Of a stretch of 64,000 nt of DNA, positions 31,700-48,300 are shown piece after piece. Source of the stretch: the human T2T-CHM13v2.0 reference genome, Homo sapiens. Position 1 is the first letter of the stretch. Every line of letters starts with the position of its first letter. Where the stretch lies: NCBI RefSeq assembly GCF_009914755.1, contig NC_060946.1; one strand, given 5' to 3'. The notes below the pieces were generated by a model, which saw nothing but the letters and a program-made list of their open reading frames with translations, did no database searches and was not told the origin of the DNA. Both the position numbers and the translations under genes were made by a program.

Positions 31700-34670
31700 A
31701 TACTGTACATAAAATATCAAAGTACCCAAGGTATATATTCTATACTGTACATAAAATATCAAAGTACCCAAAGCATGTATTATAAACTGTACATAAAATA
31801 TGAAAGTACATCAAATATATATTTTATTCTGTACATAAAATATCAAAGTACACCAGATATATATTCTATTGTGTACATACAATATCAAAGTACCCAAACT
31901 ATACATTATATACTGTACATAAAATATGAAATTACATCAAATATATATTATATACTGTACATAAAATATGAAAGTACATCAAATATAGATTATATATTGT
32001 ACATAAAATATCAAAGTTCCCCAAATATATATTATATACTCTACATGAAATATCAAAGTTCACAAACTATATATTATATACTGTACATAAAATATCAAAG
32101 TACCCAAGGTATATATTCTATACTGCACAAAAAATATCAAAGTACCCAAAGCATGTATTATATACTGTATCTAAAATATGAAAGTACATCAAATATATAT
32201 TTTATTCTGTACATAAAATATCAAAGTACACCAGATATATATTCTATAGTGTACATAAAATAACAAAGTACACAAACTATAAATTATATACTGTACATAA
32301 AATATGAAATTACATCAAATTTATACTCGGTACATAAAATATGAAAGTACATCAAATATAGATTATATACTGTACATAAAATATCAATGTACCCCAAATA
32401 TATATTTTATACTCTACATGAAATATCAAAGTTCACAAACCATATATTATATACTGTACATAAAATATCAAAGTACCCAAGGTATATATTCTATACTGTA
32501 CAAAAAATATCAAAGTACCCAAAGCATGTATTATATACTGTACATAAAATATGAAAGTACATCAAATATATATTTTATTCTGTACAAAAAATATCAAAGT
32601 ACACCAGATATATATTCTATAGTGTACATAAAATATCAAAGTACCCAAACTATACATTATATACTGTACATAAAATATGAAATTACATCAAATATATTTT
32701 ATATTAGGTACATAAAATATGAAAGTACATCAAATATAGATTATATACGGTACATTAAATACCAAAGTACCCCAAATATATATTTTATACTGTACATGAA
32801 ATATCAAAGTTCACAAAATATATATTATATACTGTACATATAATATCAAAGTACCCGAGGTATATATTCTATACTGTACAAAAAATATCAAAGTACCAAA
32901 AGCATGTATTATATACTGTACCTAAAATATGAAAGTACATCAAATATATATTTTATTCTGTACATAAAATATCAAAGTACACCAGATATATATTCTATAG
33001 TGTACATAAAATATCAAAGTACCCAAACTATACATTATATACTGTACATAAAATATGAAATTACATCAAATATATATTAGGTACATAAAATATGAAAGTA
33101 CATCAAATATAGATTATATACTGTACATAAAATATCAAAGTACCCCAAATATATATTATATACTGTACATGAAATATCAAAGTTCACAAACTATATATTA
33201 TATACTGTACATAAAATATCAAAGTACCCAAGGTATATATTCTATACTGTACAAAAGATATCAAAGTACCCAAAGCATGTATTATATACTGTACATAAAA
33301 TATGAAAGTACATCAAATATATATTTTATTCTTTACATAAAATATCAAAGTACACCAGATATATATTCTATAGTGTACATAAAATATCAAAGTACCCAAA
33401 CTATTTATTATATACTGTACATAAAATATGAAATTACATCAAATATATATTATATTAGGTACATAAAATATGAAAGTACATCAAATATAGATTATATGCT
33501 GTACATTAAATACCAAAGTACCCCAAATATATATTTTATACTGTACATGAAATATCAAAGTTCACAAACTATATATTATATACTGTACATAAAATATCAA
33601 AGTACCCAAGGTATATATTCTATACTGTACAAAAAATATCAAAGTACCCAAAGCACGTATTATATACTGTACATAAAATATGAAAGTACATCAAATATAT
33701 ATTTTATTCTGTACATAAAATATCAAAGTACACCAGATATATATTCTATAGTGTACATAAAATAACAAAGTACAAAAACTATAAATTATATACTGTACAT
33801 AAAATATGAAATTACATCAAATACATATTTGGTACATAAAATATGAAAGTACATCAAATATAGATTATATACTGTACATAAAATATCAATGTACCCCAAA
33901 TATATATTTTATACTCTACATGAAATATCAAAGTTCACAAACCATATATTATATACTGTACATAAAATATCAAAGTACCCAATGTATATATTCTATACTG
34001 TACAAAAAATATCAAAGTACCCAAAGCATGTATTATATACTGTACATAAAATATGAAAGTTCATCAAATATATATTTTATTCTGTACATAAAATATCAAA
34101 GTACACCAGATATATATTCTATAGTGTACATAAAATATCAAAGTACCCAAACTATACATTATATACTGTACTTAAAATATGAAATTACATCAAATATATA
34201 TTAGGTACATAAAATATGAAAGTACATCAAATATAGATTATATACTGTACATATAATATCAATGTACCCCAAATATATATTTTATACTCTACATGAAATA
34301 TCAAAGTTCACAACCATACATTATATACTGTACATAAAATATCAAAGTACCCAAGGTATATATTCTATACTGTACAAAAAATATCAAAGTACCCAAAGCA
34401 TGTATTATATACTGTACATAAAATATAAAAGTACATCAAATATATATTTTATTCTGTACATATAATATCAAAGTACACCAGATATGTATTCTATAGTGTA
34501 CATAAAATATCAAAGTACCCAAACTATACATTATATACTGTACATAAAATACGAAATTACAACAAATATATATTAGGTACATAAAATATGAAAGAACATC
34601 AAATATAGATTATATACTGTACATAAAATATCAAAGTACCCCAAATATATATTATATACTGTATATGAAA
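31700..34670 (+). repeat. Diverged partial third copy of the 3741-bp block
   Basis: It shares rare variants with the block: ttgtgtacataCaat (about 24381, 28121, 31870), aaagttCCCC, tatactc(a/g)gtac, tcacaaccatac (about 26441, 30182, 34308) and aaatacgaaatt. Offsets from copy 2 are 3748 and then 4126, which is one extra 378-bp unit. Confidence 0.8.
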
Positions 34671-36301
34671 TATCAAAGTTCACAAACTATATATTATATA
34701 CTGTACATAAAATATCAAAGTACCCAAGGTATATATTCTATACTGTACAAAAAATATCAAAGTACCCAAAGCATGTATTATATACTGTACCTAAAATATG
34801 AAAGTACATCAAATATATATTTTATTCTGTACATAAAATATCAAAGTACACCAGATATATATTCTATAGTGTACATAAAATATCAAAGTACCCAAACTAT
34901 ACATTATATACTGTACATAAAATATGAAATTACATCAAATATATATTATATTAGGTACATAAAATATGAAAGTACATCAAATATAGGTTATATACTGTAC
35001 ATTAAATACCAAAGTACCCCAAATATATATTTTATACTGTATATGAAATATCAAAGTTCAGAAACTATATATTATATGCTGTACATATAATGTCAAAGTA
35101 CCCAAGGTAAATATTCTATACTGTACAAAAAATAACAAAGTACCAAAAGCATGTATTATATACTGTACCTAAAATATGAAAGTACATCAAATATATATTT
35201 TATTCTGTACATAAAATATCAAAGTACACCAGATATATATTCTATAGTGTACATAAAATATCAAAGTATCCAAACTATACATTATATACTGTACATAAAA
35301 TATGAAATTACATCAAATATATATTATATTAGGTACATAAAATATGAAAGTACATCAAATATAGATTATATACTCTACATAAAATATCAAAGCACCCCAA
35401 ATATATATTATATACTCTACAGGAAATATCAAAGTTCACACACTATATATTATATACTGTACATAAAATATCAAAGTACCCAAGGTATATATTCTATACT
35501 GTACAAAAAATATCAAAGTACCCACATCATGTATTATATACTGTACATAAAATATGAAAGTACCTCAAATATATATTTTATTCTGTACATAAAATATCAA
35601 AGTACACCAGATATATATTCTATAGTGTACATAAAATATCAAAATACCCAAACTATACATTATACACTGTACATAAAATATGAAATTACATCAAATATAT
35701 ATTATATTAGGTACGTAAAATATGAAAGTACATCCAATATAGATTATATACTGTACATAAAATATCAAAGTACCCCAAATATATATTATATACTGTACAT
35801 GAAATATCAAAGTTCACAAACTATATATTATATACTGTACATAAAATATCAAAGTACCCATGGTATATATTCTATACTGTACAAAAAATATCAAAGTACG
35901 CAAAGCATGTATTATATACTGTACATAAAATATGAAAGTACATCAAATATATATTTTATTCTGTACATAAAATATCAAAGTACACCAGATATATATTCTA
36001 TAGTGTACATAAAATATCAAAGTACCCACACTATTTATTATATACTGTACATAAAATATGAAATTACATCAAATATATATTATATTAAGTACATAAAATA
36101 TGAAAGTACATCAAATATAGATTATATACTGTACATTAAATACCAAAATACCCCAAATATATATTTTATACTGTACATAAAAAATCAAAGTTCACAAACT
36201 ATATATTATATACTGTACATAAAATATCAAAGTACCCAAGGTATATATTCTATACTGTACAAAAAATATCAAAGTACCCAAAGCATGTATTATATACTGG
36301 A

Positions 36302-39300
36302 CATAAAATATGAAAGTACATCAAATATATATTTTATTCTGTACATAAAATATCAAAGTACACCAGATATATATTCTATAGTGTACATAAAATAACAAAG
36401 TACCCAAACTATACATTATATACTGTACATAAAATATGAAATTACATCATATATATATTAGGTACATAAAATATGAAAGTACATCAAATATAGATTATAT
36501 ACTGTACATAAAATATCAAAGTACCCCAAATATATATTATATACTCTACATGAAATATCAAAGTTCACAAACTATATATTATATACTGTGCCTAAAATAT
36601 AAAAGTACCCAAGGTATATATTCTATACTGTACAAAAAATATCAAAGTACCCAAAGCATGTATTATATACTGTACATTAAATATGAAAGTACATCAAATA
36701 TATATTTTATTCTGTACATAAAATATCAAAGTACACCAGATATATATTCTATAGTGTACATAAAATAACAAAGTACACAAACTATACATTATATACTGTA
36801 CATAAAATATGAAATTACATCAAATATATATTAGGTACATAAAATATGCAATTACATCAAATATAGATTATATACTGTACATAAAATATCAAAGTACCCC
36901 AAATATATATTTTATACTGTACATGAAATATCAAAGTTCACACACTATATATTATATACTGTACATAAAATATCAAAGTACCCAACTTATATATTCTATA
37001 CTGTACAAAAAACATCAAAGTACCCAAAGCATGTATTATATACTGTACATAAAATATGAAAGTACATCAAATATATCTTTTATTCTGTACATAATATATC
37101 AAAGTACACCAGATATATATTCTATAGTGTACATAAAATAACAAAGTACAAAAACTATAAATTCTATACTGTACATAAAATATGAAATTACATCAAATAC
37201 ATATTAGGTACATAAAATATGAAAGTACATCAAATATAGATTATATACTGTACATAAAATATCAATGTACCCCAAATATATATTTTATACTCTACATGAA
37301 ATATCAAAGTTCACAAACCATATATTATATACAGTACATAAAATATCAAAGTACCCAAGGTATATATTCTATACAATACAAAAAATATCAAAGTACCCAA
37401 AGCATGTATTATATACTGTACATAAAATATGAAAGTACATCAAATATATATTTTATTCTGTACATAAAATATCAAAGTACACCAGATATATATTCTATAG
37501 TGTACATAAAATATCAAAATACCCAAACTATACATTATATACTGTACATAAAATATGAGATTACATCAAATATATATTATATTAGGTACATAAAATATGA
37601 AAGTACATCAAATATAGATTATATACAGTACATAAAATATCAAAGTACCCCAAATATATATTATGTACTCTACATGAAATATCAAAGTTCACAAACTATA
37701 TATTATATACTGTACATAAAATATCAAAGTACCCAAGGTATATATTCTATACTGTACAAAAAATATCAAAGTACCCAAAGCATGTATTATATACTGTATG
37801 TAAAATATGAAAGTACATCAAATATATATTTTATTCTGTACATAAAATATCAAAGTACACCAGATATATATTCTATAGTGTACATAAAATAACAAAGTAC
37901 ACAAACTATAAATTATATACTGTACATAAAATATGAAATTACATCAAATATATATTAGGAACATAAAATATGAAAGTACATCAAATATAGATTATATACT
38001 GTACATTAAATACCAAAGTACCCCAAATCTATATTTTATACTGTACATGAAATATCAAAGTTCACAAACTATATATTATATACTGTACATAAAATATCAA
38101 AGTACCCAAGGTATATATTCTATACTGTACAAAAAATATCAAAGTACCCAAAGCATGTATTATAAACTGTACATAAAATATGAAAGTACATCAAATATAT
38201 ATTTTATTCTGTACATAAAATATCAAAGTAAACCAGATATATATTCCATAGTGTACATAAAATATCAAAGTACCCAAACTATACATTATATAGTGTACAT
38301 AAAATATGAAATTACATCAAATATATATTATATTAGGTTCATAAAATATGAAAGTACATCAAATATAGATTATATACTGTACATTAAATACCAAAGTACC
38401 CCAAATATATATTTTATACTGTACATGAAATATCAAAGTTCACAAGCTATATATTATATACTGTACATAAAATATCAAAGTACCCAAGGTATATATTCTA
38501 TACTGTACAAAAAATATCAAAGTACCCAAAGCATGTATTATAAACTGTACATAAAATATGAAAGTACATCAAATATATATTTTATTCTGTACATAAAATA
38601 TCAAAGTACACCAGATATATATTCTATAGTGTACATAAAATAACAAAGTACCCAAACTATACATTATATACTGTACATAAAATATGAAATTACATCATAT
38701 ATATATTAGGTACATAAAATATGAAAGTACATCAAATATAGATTATATACTGTACATAAAATATCAAAGTACCCCAAATATATATTATATACTCTACATG
38801 AAATATCAAAGTTCACAAACTATATATTATATACTGTGCCTAAAATATAAAAGTACCCAAGGTATATATTCTATACTGTACAAAAAATATCAAAGTACCC
38901 AAAGCATGTATTATATACTGTACATTAAATATGAAAGTACATCAAATATATATTTTATTCTGTACATAAAATATCAAAGTACACCAGATATATATTCTAT
39001 AGTGTACATAAAATAACAAAGTACACAAACTATACATTATATACTGTACATAAAATATGAAATTACATCAAATATATATTAGGTACATAAAATATGCAAT
39101 TACATCAAATATAGATTATATACTGTACATAAAATATCAAAGTACCCCAAATATATATTTTATACTGTACATGAAATATCAAAGTTCACACACTATATAT
39201 TATATACTGTACATAAAATATCAAAGTACCCAACTTATATATTCTATACTGTACAAAAAACATCAAAGTACCCAAAGCATGTATTATAAACTGTACATAA

Positions 39301-42300
39301 AATATGAAAGTACATCAAATATATATTTTATTCTGTACATAAAATATCAAAGTAAACCAGATATATATTCCATAGTGTACATAAAATATCAAAGTACCCA
39401 AACTATACATTATATAGTGTACATAAAATATGAAATTACATCAAATATATATTATATTAGGTTCATAAAATATGAAAGTACATCAAATATAGATTATATA
39501 CTGTACATTAAATACCAAAGTACCCCAAATATATATTTTATACTGTACATGAAATATCAAAGTTCACAAGCTATATATTATATACTGTACATAAAATATC
39601 AAAGTACCCAAGGTATATATTCTATACTGTACAAAAAATATCAAAGTACCCAAAGCATGTATTATAAACTGTACATAAAATATGAAAGTACATCAAATAT
39701 ATATTTTATTCTGTACATAAAATATCAAAGTACACCAGATATATATTCTATAGTGTACATAAAATAACAAAGTACCCAAACTATACATTATATACTGTAC
39801 ATAAAATATGAAATTACATCATATATATATTAGGTACATAAAATATGAAAGTACATCAAATATAGATTATATACTGTACATAAAATATCAAAGTACCCCA
39901 AATATATATTATATACTCTACATGAAATATCAAAGTTCACAAACTATATATTATATACTGTGCCTAAAATATAAAAGTACCCAAGGTATATATTCTATAC
40001 TGTACAAAAAATATCAAAGTACCCAAAGCATGTATTATATACTGTACATTAAATATGAAAGTACATCAAATATATATTTTATTCTGTACATAAAATATCA
40101 AAGTACACCAGATATATATTCTATAGTGTACATAAAATAACAAAGTACACAAACTATACATTATATACTGTACATAAAATATGAAATTACATCAAATATA
40201 TATTAGGTACATAAAATATGCAATTACATCAAATATAGATTATATACTGTACATAAAATATCAAAGTACCCCAAATATATATTTTATACTGTACATGAAA
40301 TATCAAAGTTCACACACTATATATTATATACTGTACATAAAATATCAAAGTACCCAAGGTATATATTCTATACTGTACAAAAAATATCAAAGTACCCAAA
40401 GCATGTATTATAAACTGTACATAAAATATGAAAGTACATCAAATATATATTTTATTCTGTACATAAAATATCAAAGTAAACCAGATATATATTCCATAGT
40501 GTACATAAAATATCAAAGTACCCAAACTATACATTATATAGTGTACATAAAATATGAAATTACATCAAATATATATTATATTAGGTTCATAAAATATGAA
40601 AGTACATCAAATATAGATTATATACTGTACATTAAATACCAAAGTACCCCAAATATATATTTTATACTGTACATGAAATATCAAAGTTCACAAGCTATAT
40701 ATTATATACTGTACATAAAATATCAAAGTACCCAAGGTATATATTCTATACTGTACAAAAAATATCAAAGTACCCAAAGCATGTATTATAAACTGTACAT
40801 AAAATATGAAAGTACATCAAATATATATTTTATTCTGTACATAAAATATCAAAGTACACCAGATATATATTCTATAGTGTACATAAAATAACAAAGTACC
40901 CAAACTATACATTATATACTGTACATAAAATATGAAATTACATCATATATATATTAGGTACATAAAATATGAAAGTACATCAAATATAGATTATATACTG
41001 TACATAAAATATCAAAGTACCCCAAATATATATTATATACTCTACATGAAATATCAAAGTTCACAAACTATATATTATATACTGTGCCTAAAATATAAAA
41101 GTACCCAAGGTATATATTCTATACTGTACAAAAAATATCAAAGTACCCAAAGCATGTATTATATACTGTACATTAAATATGAAAGTACATCAAATATATA
41201 TTTTATTCTGTACATAAAATATCAAAGTACACCAGATATATATTCTATAGTGTACATAAAATAACAAAGTACACAAACTATACATTATATACTGTACATA
41301 AAATATGAAATTACATCAAATATATATTATATTAGGTACATAAAATATGAAAGTACATCAAATATAGATTATATACAGTACATAAAATATCAAAGTACCC
41401 CAAATATATATTATGTACTCTACATGAAATATCAAAGTTCACAAACTATATATTATATACTGTACATAAAATATCAAAGTACCCAAGGTATATATTCTAT
41501 ACTGTACAAAAAATATCAAAGTACCCAAAGCATGTATTATATACTGTATGTAAAATATGAAAGTACATCAAATATATATTTTATTCTGTACATAAAATAT
41601 CAAAGTACACCAGATATATATTCTATAGTGTACATAAAATAACAAAGTACACAAACTATAAATTATATACTGTACATAAAATATGAAATTACATCAAATA
41701 TATATTAGGAACATAAAATATGAAAGTACATCAAATATAGATTATATACTGTACATTAAATACCAAAGTACCCCAAATCTATATTTTATACTGTACATGA
41801 AATATCAAAGTTCACAAACTATATATTATATACTGTACATAAAATATCAAAGTACCCAAGGTATATATTCTATACTGTACAAAAAATATCAAAGTACCCA
41901 AAGCATGTATTATAAACTGTACATAAAATATGAAAGTACATCAAATATATATTTTATTCTGTACATAAAATATCAAAGTAAACCAGATATATATTCCATA
42001 GTGTACATAAAATATCAAAGTACCCAAACTATACATTATATAGTGTACATAAAATATGAAATTACATCAAATATATATTATATTAGGTTCATAAAATATG
42101 AAAGTACATCAAATATAGATTATATACTGTACATTAAATACCAAAGTACCCCAAATATATATTTTATACTGTACATGAAATATCAAAGTTCACAAGCTAT
42201 ATATTATATACTGTACATAAAATATCAAAGTACCCAAGGTATATATTCTATACTGTACAAAAAATATCAAAGTACCCAAAGCATGTATTATAAACTGTAC

Positions 42301-45300
42301 ATAAAATATGAAAGTACATCAAATATATATTTTATTCTGTACATAAAATATCAAAGTACACCAGATATATATTCTATAGTGTACATAAAATAACAAAGTA
42401 CCCAAACTATACATTATATACTGTACATAAAATATGAAATTACATCATATATATATTAGGTACATAAAATATGAAAGTACATCAAATATAGATTATATAC
42501 TGTACATAAAATATCAAAGTACCCCAAATATATATTATATACTCTACATGAAATATCAAAGTTCACAAACTATATATTATATACTGTGCCTAAAATATAA
42601 AAGTACCCAAGGTATATATTCTATACTGTACAAAAAATATCAAAGTACCCAAAGCATGTATTATATACTGTACATTAAATATGAAAGTACATCAAATATA
42701 TATTTTATTCTGTACATAAAATATCAAAGTACACCAGATATATATTCTATAGTGTACATAAAATAACAAAGTACACAAACTATACATTATATACTGTACA
42801 TAAAATATGAAATTACATCAAATATATATTATATTAGGTACATAAAATATGAAAGTACATCAAATATAGATTATATACAGTACATAAAATATCAAAGTAC
42901 CCCAAATATATATTATGTACTCTACATGAAATATCAAAGTTCACAAACTATATATTATATACTGTACATAAAATATCAAAGTACCCAAGGTATATATTCT
43001 ATACTGTACAAAAAATATCAAAGTACCCAAAGCATGTATTATATACTGTATGTAAAATATGAAAGTACATCAAATATATATTTTATTCTGTACATAAAAT
43101 ATCAAAGTACACCAGATATATATTCTATAGTGTACATAAAATAACAAAGTACACAAACTATAAATTATATACTGTACATAAAATATGAAATTACATCAAA
43201 TATATATTAGGAACATAAAATATGAAAGTACATCAAATATAGATTATATACTGTACATTAAATACCAAAGTACCCCAAATCTATATTTTATACTGTACAT
43301 GAAATATCAAAGTTCACAAACTATATATTATATACTGTACATAAAATATCAAAGTACCCAAGGTATATATTCTATACTGTACAAAAAATATCAAAGTACC
43401 CAAAGCATGTATTATAAACTGTACATAAAATATGAAAGTACATCAAATATATATTTTATTCTGTACATAAAATATCAAAGTAAACCAGATATATATTCCA
43501 TAGTGTACATAAAATATCAAAGTACCCAAACTATACATTATATAGTGTACATAAAATATGAAATTACATCAAATATATATTATATTAGGTTCATAAAATA
43601 TGAAAGTACATCAAATATAGATTATATACTGTACATTAAATACCAAAGTACCCCAAATATATATTTTATACTGTACATGAAATATCAAAGTTCACAAGCT
43701 ATATATTATATACTGTACATAAAATATCAAAGTACCCAAGGTATATATTCTATACTGTACAAAAAATATCAAAGTACCCAAAGCATGTATTATAAACTGT
43801 ACATAAAATATGAAAGTACATCAAATATATATTTTATTCTGTACATAAAATATCAAAGTACACCAGATATATATTCTATAGTGTACATAAAATAACAAAG
43901 TACCCAAACTATACATTATATACTGTACATAAAATATGAAATTACATCATATATATATTAGGTACATAAAATATGAAAGTACATCAAATATAGATTATAT
44001 ACTGTACATAAAATATCAAAGTACCCCAAATATATATTATATACTCTACATGAAATATCAAAGTTCACAAACTATATATTATATACTGTGCCTAAAATAT
44101 AAAAGTACCCAAGGTATATATTCTATACTGTACAAAAAATATCAAAGTACCCAAAGCATGTATTATAAACTGTACATAAAATATGAAAGTACATCAAATA
44201 TATATTTTATTCTGTACATAAAATATCAAAGTACACCAGATATATATTCTATAGTGTACATAAAATAACAAAGTACCCAAACTATACATTATATACTGTA
44301 CATAAAATATGAAATTACATCATATATATATTAGGTACATAAAATATGAAAGTACATCAAATATAGATTATATACTGTACATAAAATATCAAAGTACCCC
44401 AAATATATATTATATACTCTACATGAAATATCAAAGTTCACAAACTATATATTATATACTGTGCCTAAAATATAAAAGTACCCAAGGTATATATTCTATA
44501 CTGTACAAAAAATATCAAAGTACCCAAAGCATGTATTATATACTGTACATTAAATATGAAAGTACATCAAATATATATTTTATTCTGTACATAAAATATC
44601 AAAGTACACCAGATATATATTCTATAGTGTACATAAAATAACAAAGTACACAAACTATACATTATATACTGTACATAAAATATGAAATTACATCAAATAT
44701 ATATTATATTAGGTACATAAAATATGAAAGTACATCAAATATAGATTATATACAGTACATAAAATATCAAAGTACCCCAAATATATATTATGTACTCTAC
44801 ATGAAATATCAAAGTTCACAAACTATATATTATATACTGTACATAAAATATCAAAGTACCCAAGGTATATATTCTATACTGTACAAAAAATATCAAAGTA
44901 CCCAAAGCATGTATTATATACTGTATGTAAAATATGAAAGTACATCAAATATATATTTTATTCTGTACATAAAATATCAAAGTACACCAGATATATATTC
45001 TATAGTGTACATAAAATAACAAAGTACACAAACTATAAATTATATACTGTACATAAAATATGAAATTACATCAAATATATATTAGGAACATAAAATATGA
45101 AAGTACATCAAATATAGATTATATACTGTACATTAAATACCAAAGTACCCCAAATCTATATTTTATACTGTACATGAAATATCAAAGTTCACAAACTATA
45201 TATTATATACTGTACATAAAATATCAAAGTACCCAAGGTATATATTCTATACTGTACAAAAAATATCAAAGTACCCAAAGCATGTATTATAAACTGTACA

Positions 45301-48300
45301 TAAAATATGAAAGTACATCAAATATATATTTTATTCTGTACATAAAATATCAAAGTAAACCAGATATATATTCCATAGTGTACATAAAATATCAAAGTAC
45401 CCAAACTATACATTATATAGTGTACATAAAATATGAAATTACATCAAATATATATTATATTAGGTTCATAAAATATGAAAGTACATCAAATATAGATTAT
45501 ATACTGTACATTAAATACCAAAGTACCCCAAATATATATTTTATACTGTACATGAAATATCAAAGTTCACAAGCTATATATTATATACTGTACATAAAAT
45601 ATCAAAGTACCCAAGGTATATATTCTATACTGTACAAAAAATATCAAAGTACCCAAAGCATGTATTATAAACTGTACATAAAATATGAAAGTACATCAAA
45701 TATATATTTTATTCTGTACATAAAATATCAAAGTACACCAGATATATATTCTATAGTGTACATAAAATAACAAAGTACCCAAACTATACATTATATACTG
45801 TACATAAAATATGAAATTACATCATATATATATTAGGTACATAAAATATGAAAGTACATCAAATATAGATTATATACTGTACATAAAATATCAAAGTACC
45901 CCAAATATATATTATATACTCTACATGAAATATCAAAGTTCACAAACTATATATTATATACTGTGCCTAAAATATAAAAGTACCCAAGGTATATATTCTA
46001 TACTGTACAAAAAATATCAAAGTACCCAAAGCATGTATTATATACTGTACATTAAATATGAAAGTACATCAAATATATATTTTATTCTGTACATAAAATA
46101 TCAAAGTACACCAGATATATATTCTATAGTGTACATAAAATAACAAAGTACACAAACTATAAATTATATACTGTACATAAAATATGAAATTACATCAAAT
46201 ATATATTAGGAACATAAAATATGAAAGTACATCAAATATAGATTATATACTGTACATTAAATACCAAAGTACCCCAAATCTATATTTTATACTGTACATG
46301 AAATATCAAAGTTCACAAACTATATATTATATACTGTACATAAAATATCAAAGTACCCAAGGTATATATTCTATACTGTACAAAAAATATCAAAGTACCC
46401 AAAGCATGTATTATAAACTGTACATAAAATATGAAAGTACATCAAATATATATTTTATTCTGTACATAAAATATCAAAGTAAACCAGATATATATTCCAT
46501 AGTGTACATAAAATATCAAAGTACCCAAACTATACATTATATAGTGTACATAAAATATGAAATTACATCAAATATATATTATATTAGGTTCATAAAATAT
46601 GAAAGTACATCAAATATAGATTATATACTGTACATTAAATACCAAAGTACCCCAAATATATATTTTATACTGTACATGAAATATCAAAGTTCACAAGCTA
46701 TATATTATATACTGTACATAAAATATCAAAGTACCCAAGGTATATATTCTATACTGTACAAAAAATATCAAAGTACCCAAAGCATGTATTATAAACTGTA
46801 CATAAAATATGAAAGTACATCAAATATATATTTTATTCTGTACATAAAATATCAAAGTACACCAGATATATATTCTATAGTGTACATAAAATAACAAAGT
46901 ACCCAAACTATACATTATATACTGTACATAAAATATGAAATTACATCATATATATATTAGGTACATAAAATATGAAAGTACATCAAATATAGATTATATA
47001 CTGTACATAAAATATCAAAGTACCCCAAATATATATTATATACTCTACATGAAATATCAAAGTTCACAAACTATATATTATATACTGTGCCTAAAATATA
47101 AAAGTACCCAAGGTATATATTCTATACTGTACAAAAAATATCAAAGTACCCAAAGCATGTATTATATACTGTACATTAAATATGAAAGTACATCAAATAT
47201 ATATTTTATTCTGTACATAAAATATCAAAGTACACCAGATATATATTCTATAGTGTACATAAAATAACAAAGTACACAAACTATACATTATATACTGTAC
47301 ATAAAATATGAAATTACATCAAATATATATTAGGTACATAAAATATGCAATTACATCAAATATAGATTATATACTGTACATAAAATATCAAAGTACCCCA
47401 AATATATATTTTATACTGTACATGAAATATCAAAGTTCACACACTATATATTATATACTGTACATAAAATATCAAAGTACCCAACTTATATATTCTATAC
47501 TGTACAAAAAACATCAAAGTACCCAAAGCATGTATTATAAACTGTACATAAAATATGAAAGTACATCAAATATATATTTTATTCTGTACATAAAATATCA
47601 AAGTAAACCAGATATATATTCCATAGTGTACATAAAATATCAAAGTACCCAAACTATACATTATATAGTGTACATAAAATATGAAATTACATCAAATATA
47701 TATTATATTAGGTTCATAAAATATGAAAGTACATCAAATATAGATTATATACTGTACATTAAATACCAAAGTACCCCAAATATATATTTTATACTGTACA
47801 TGAAATATCAAAGTTCACAAGCTATATATTATATACTGTACATAAAATATCAAAGTACCCAAGGTATATATTCTATACTGTACAAAAAATATCAAAGTAC
47901 CCAAAGCATGTATTATAAACTGTACATAAAATATGAAAGTACATCAAATATATATTTTATTCTGTACATAAAATATCAAAGTACACCAGATATATATTCT
48001 ATAGTGTACATAAAATAACAAAGTACCCAAACTATACATTATATACTGTACATAAAATATGAAATTACATCATATATATATTAGGTACATAAAATATGAA
48101 AGTACATCAAATATAGATTATATACTGTACATAAAATATCAAAGTACCCCAAATATATATTATATACTCTACATGAAATATCAAAGTTCACAAACTATAT
48201 ATTATATACTGTGCCTAAAATATAAAAGTACCCAAGGTATATATTCTATACTGTACAAAAAATATCAAAGTACCCAAAGCATGTATTATATACTGTACAT

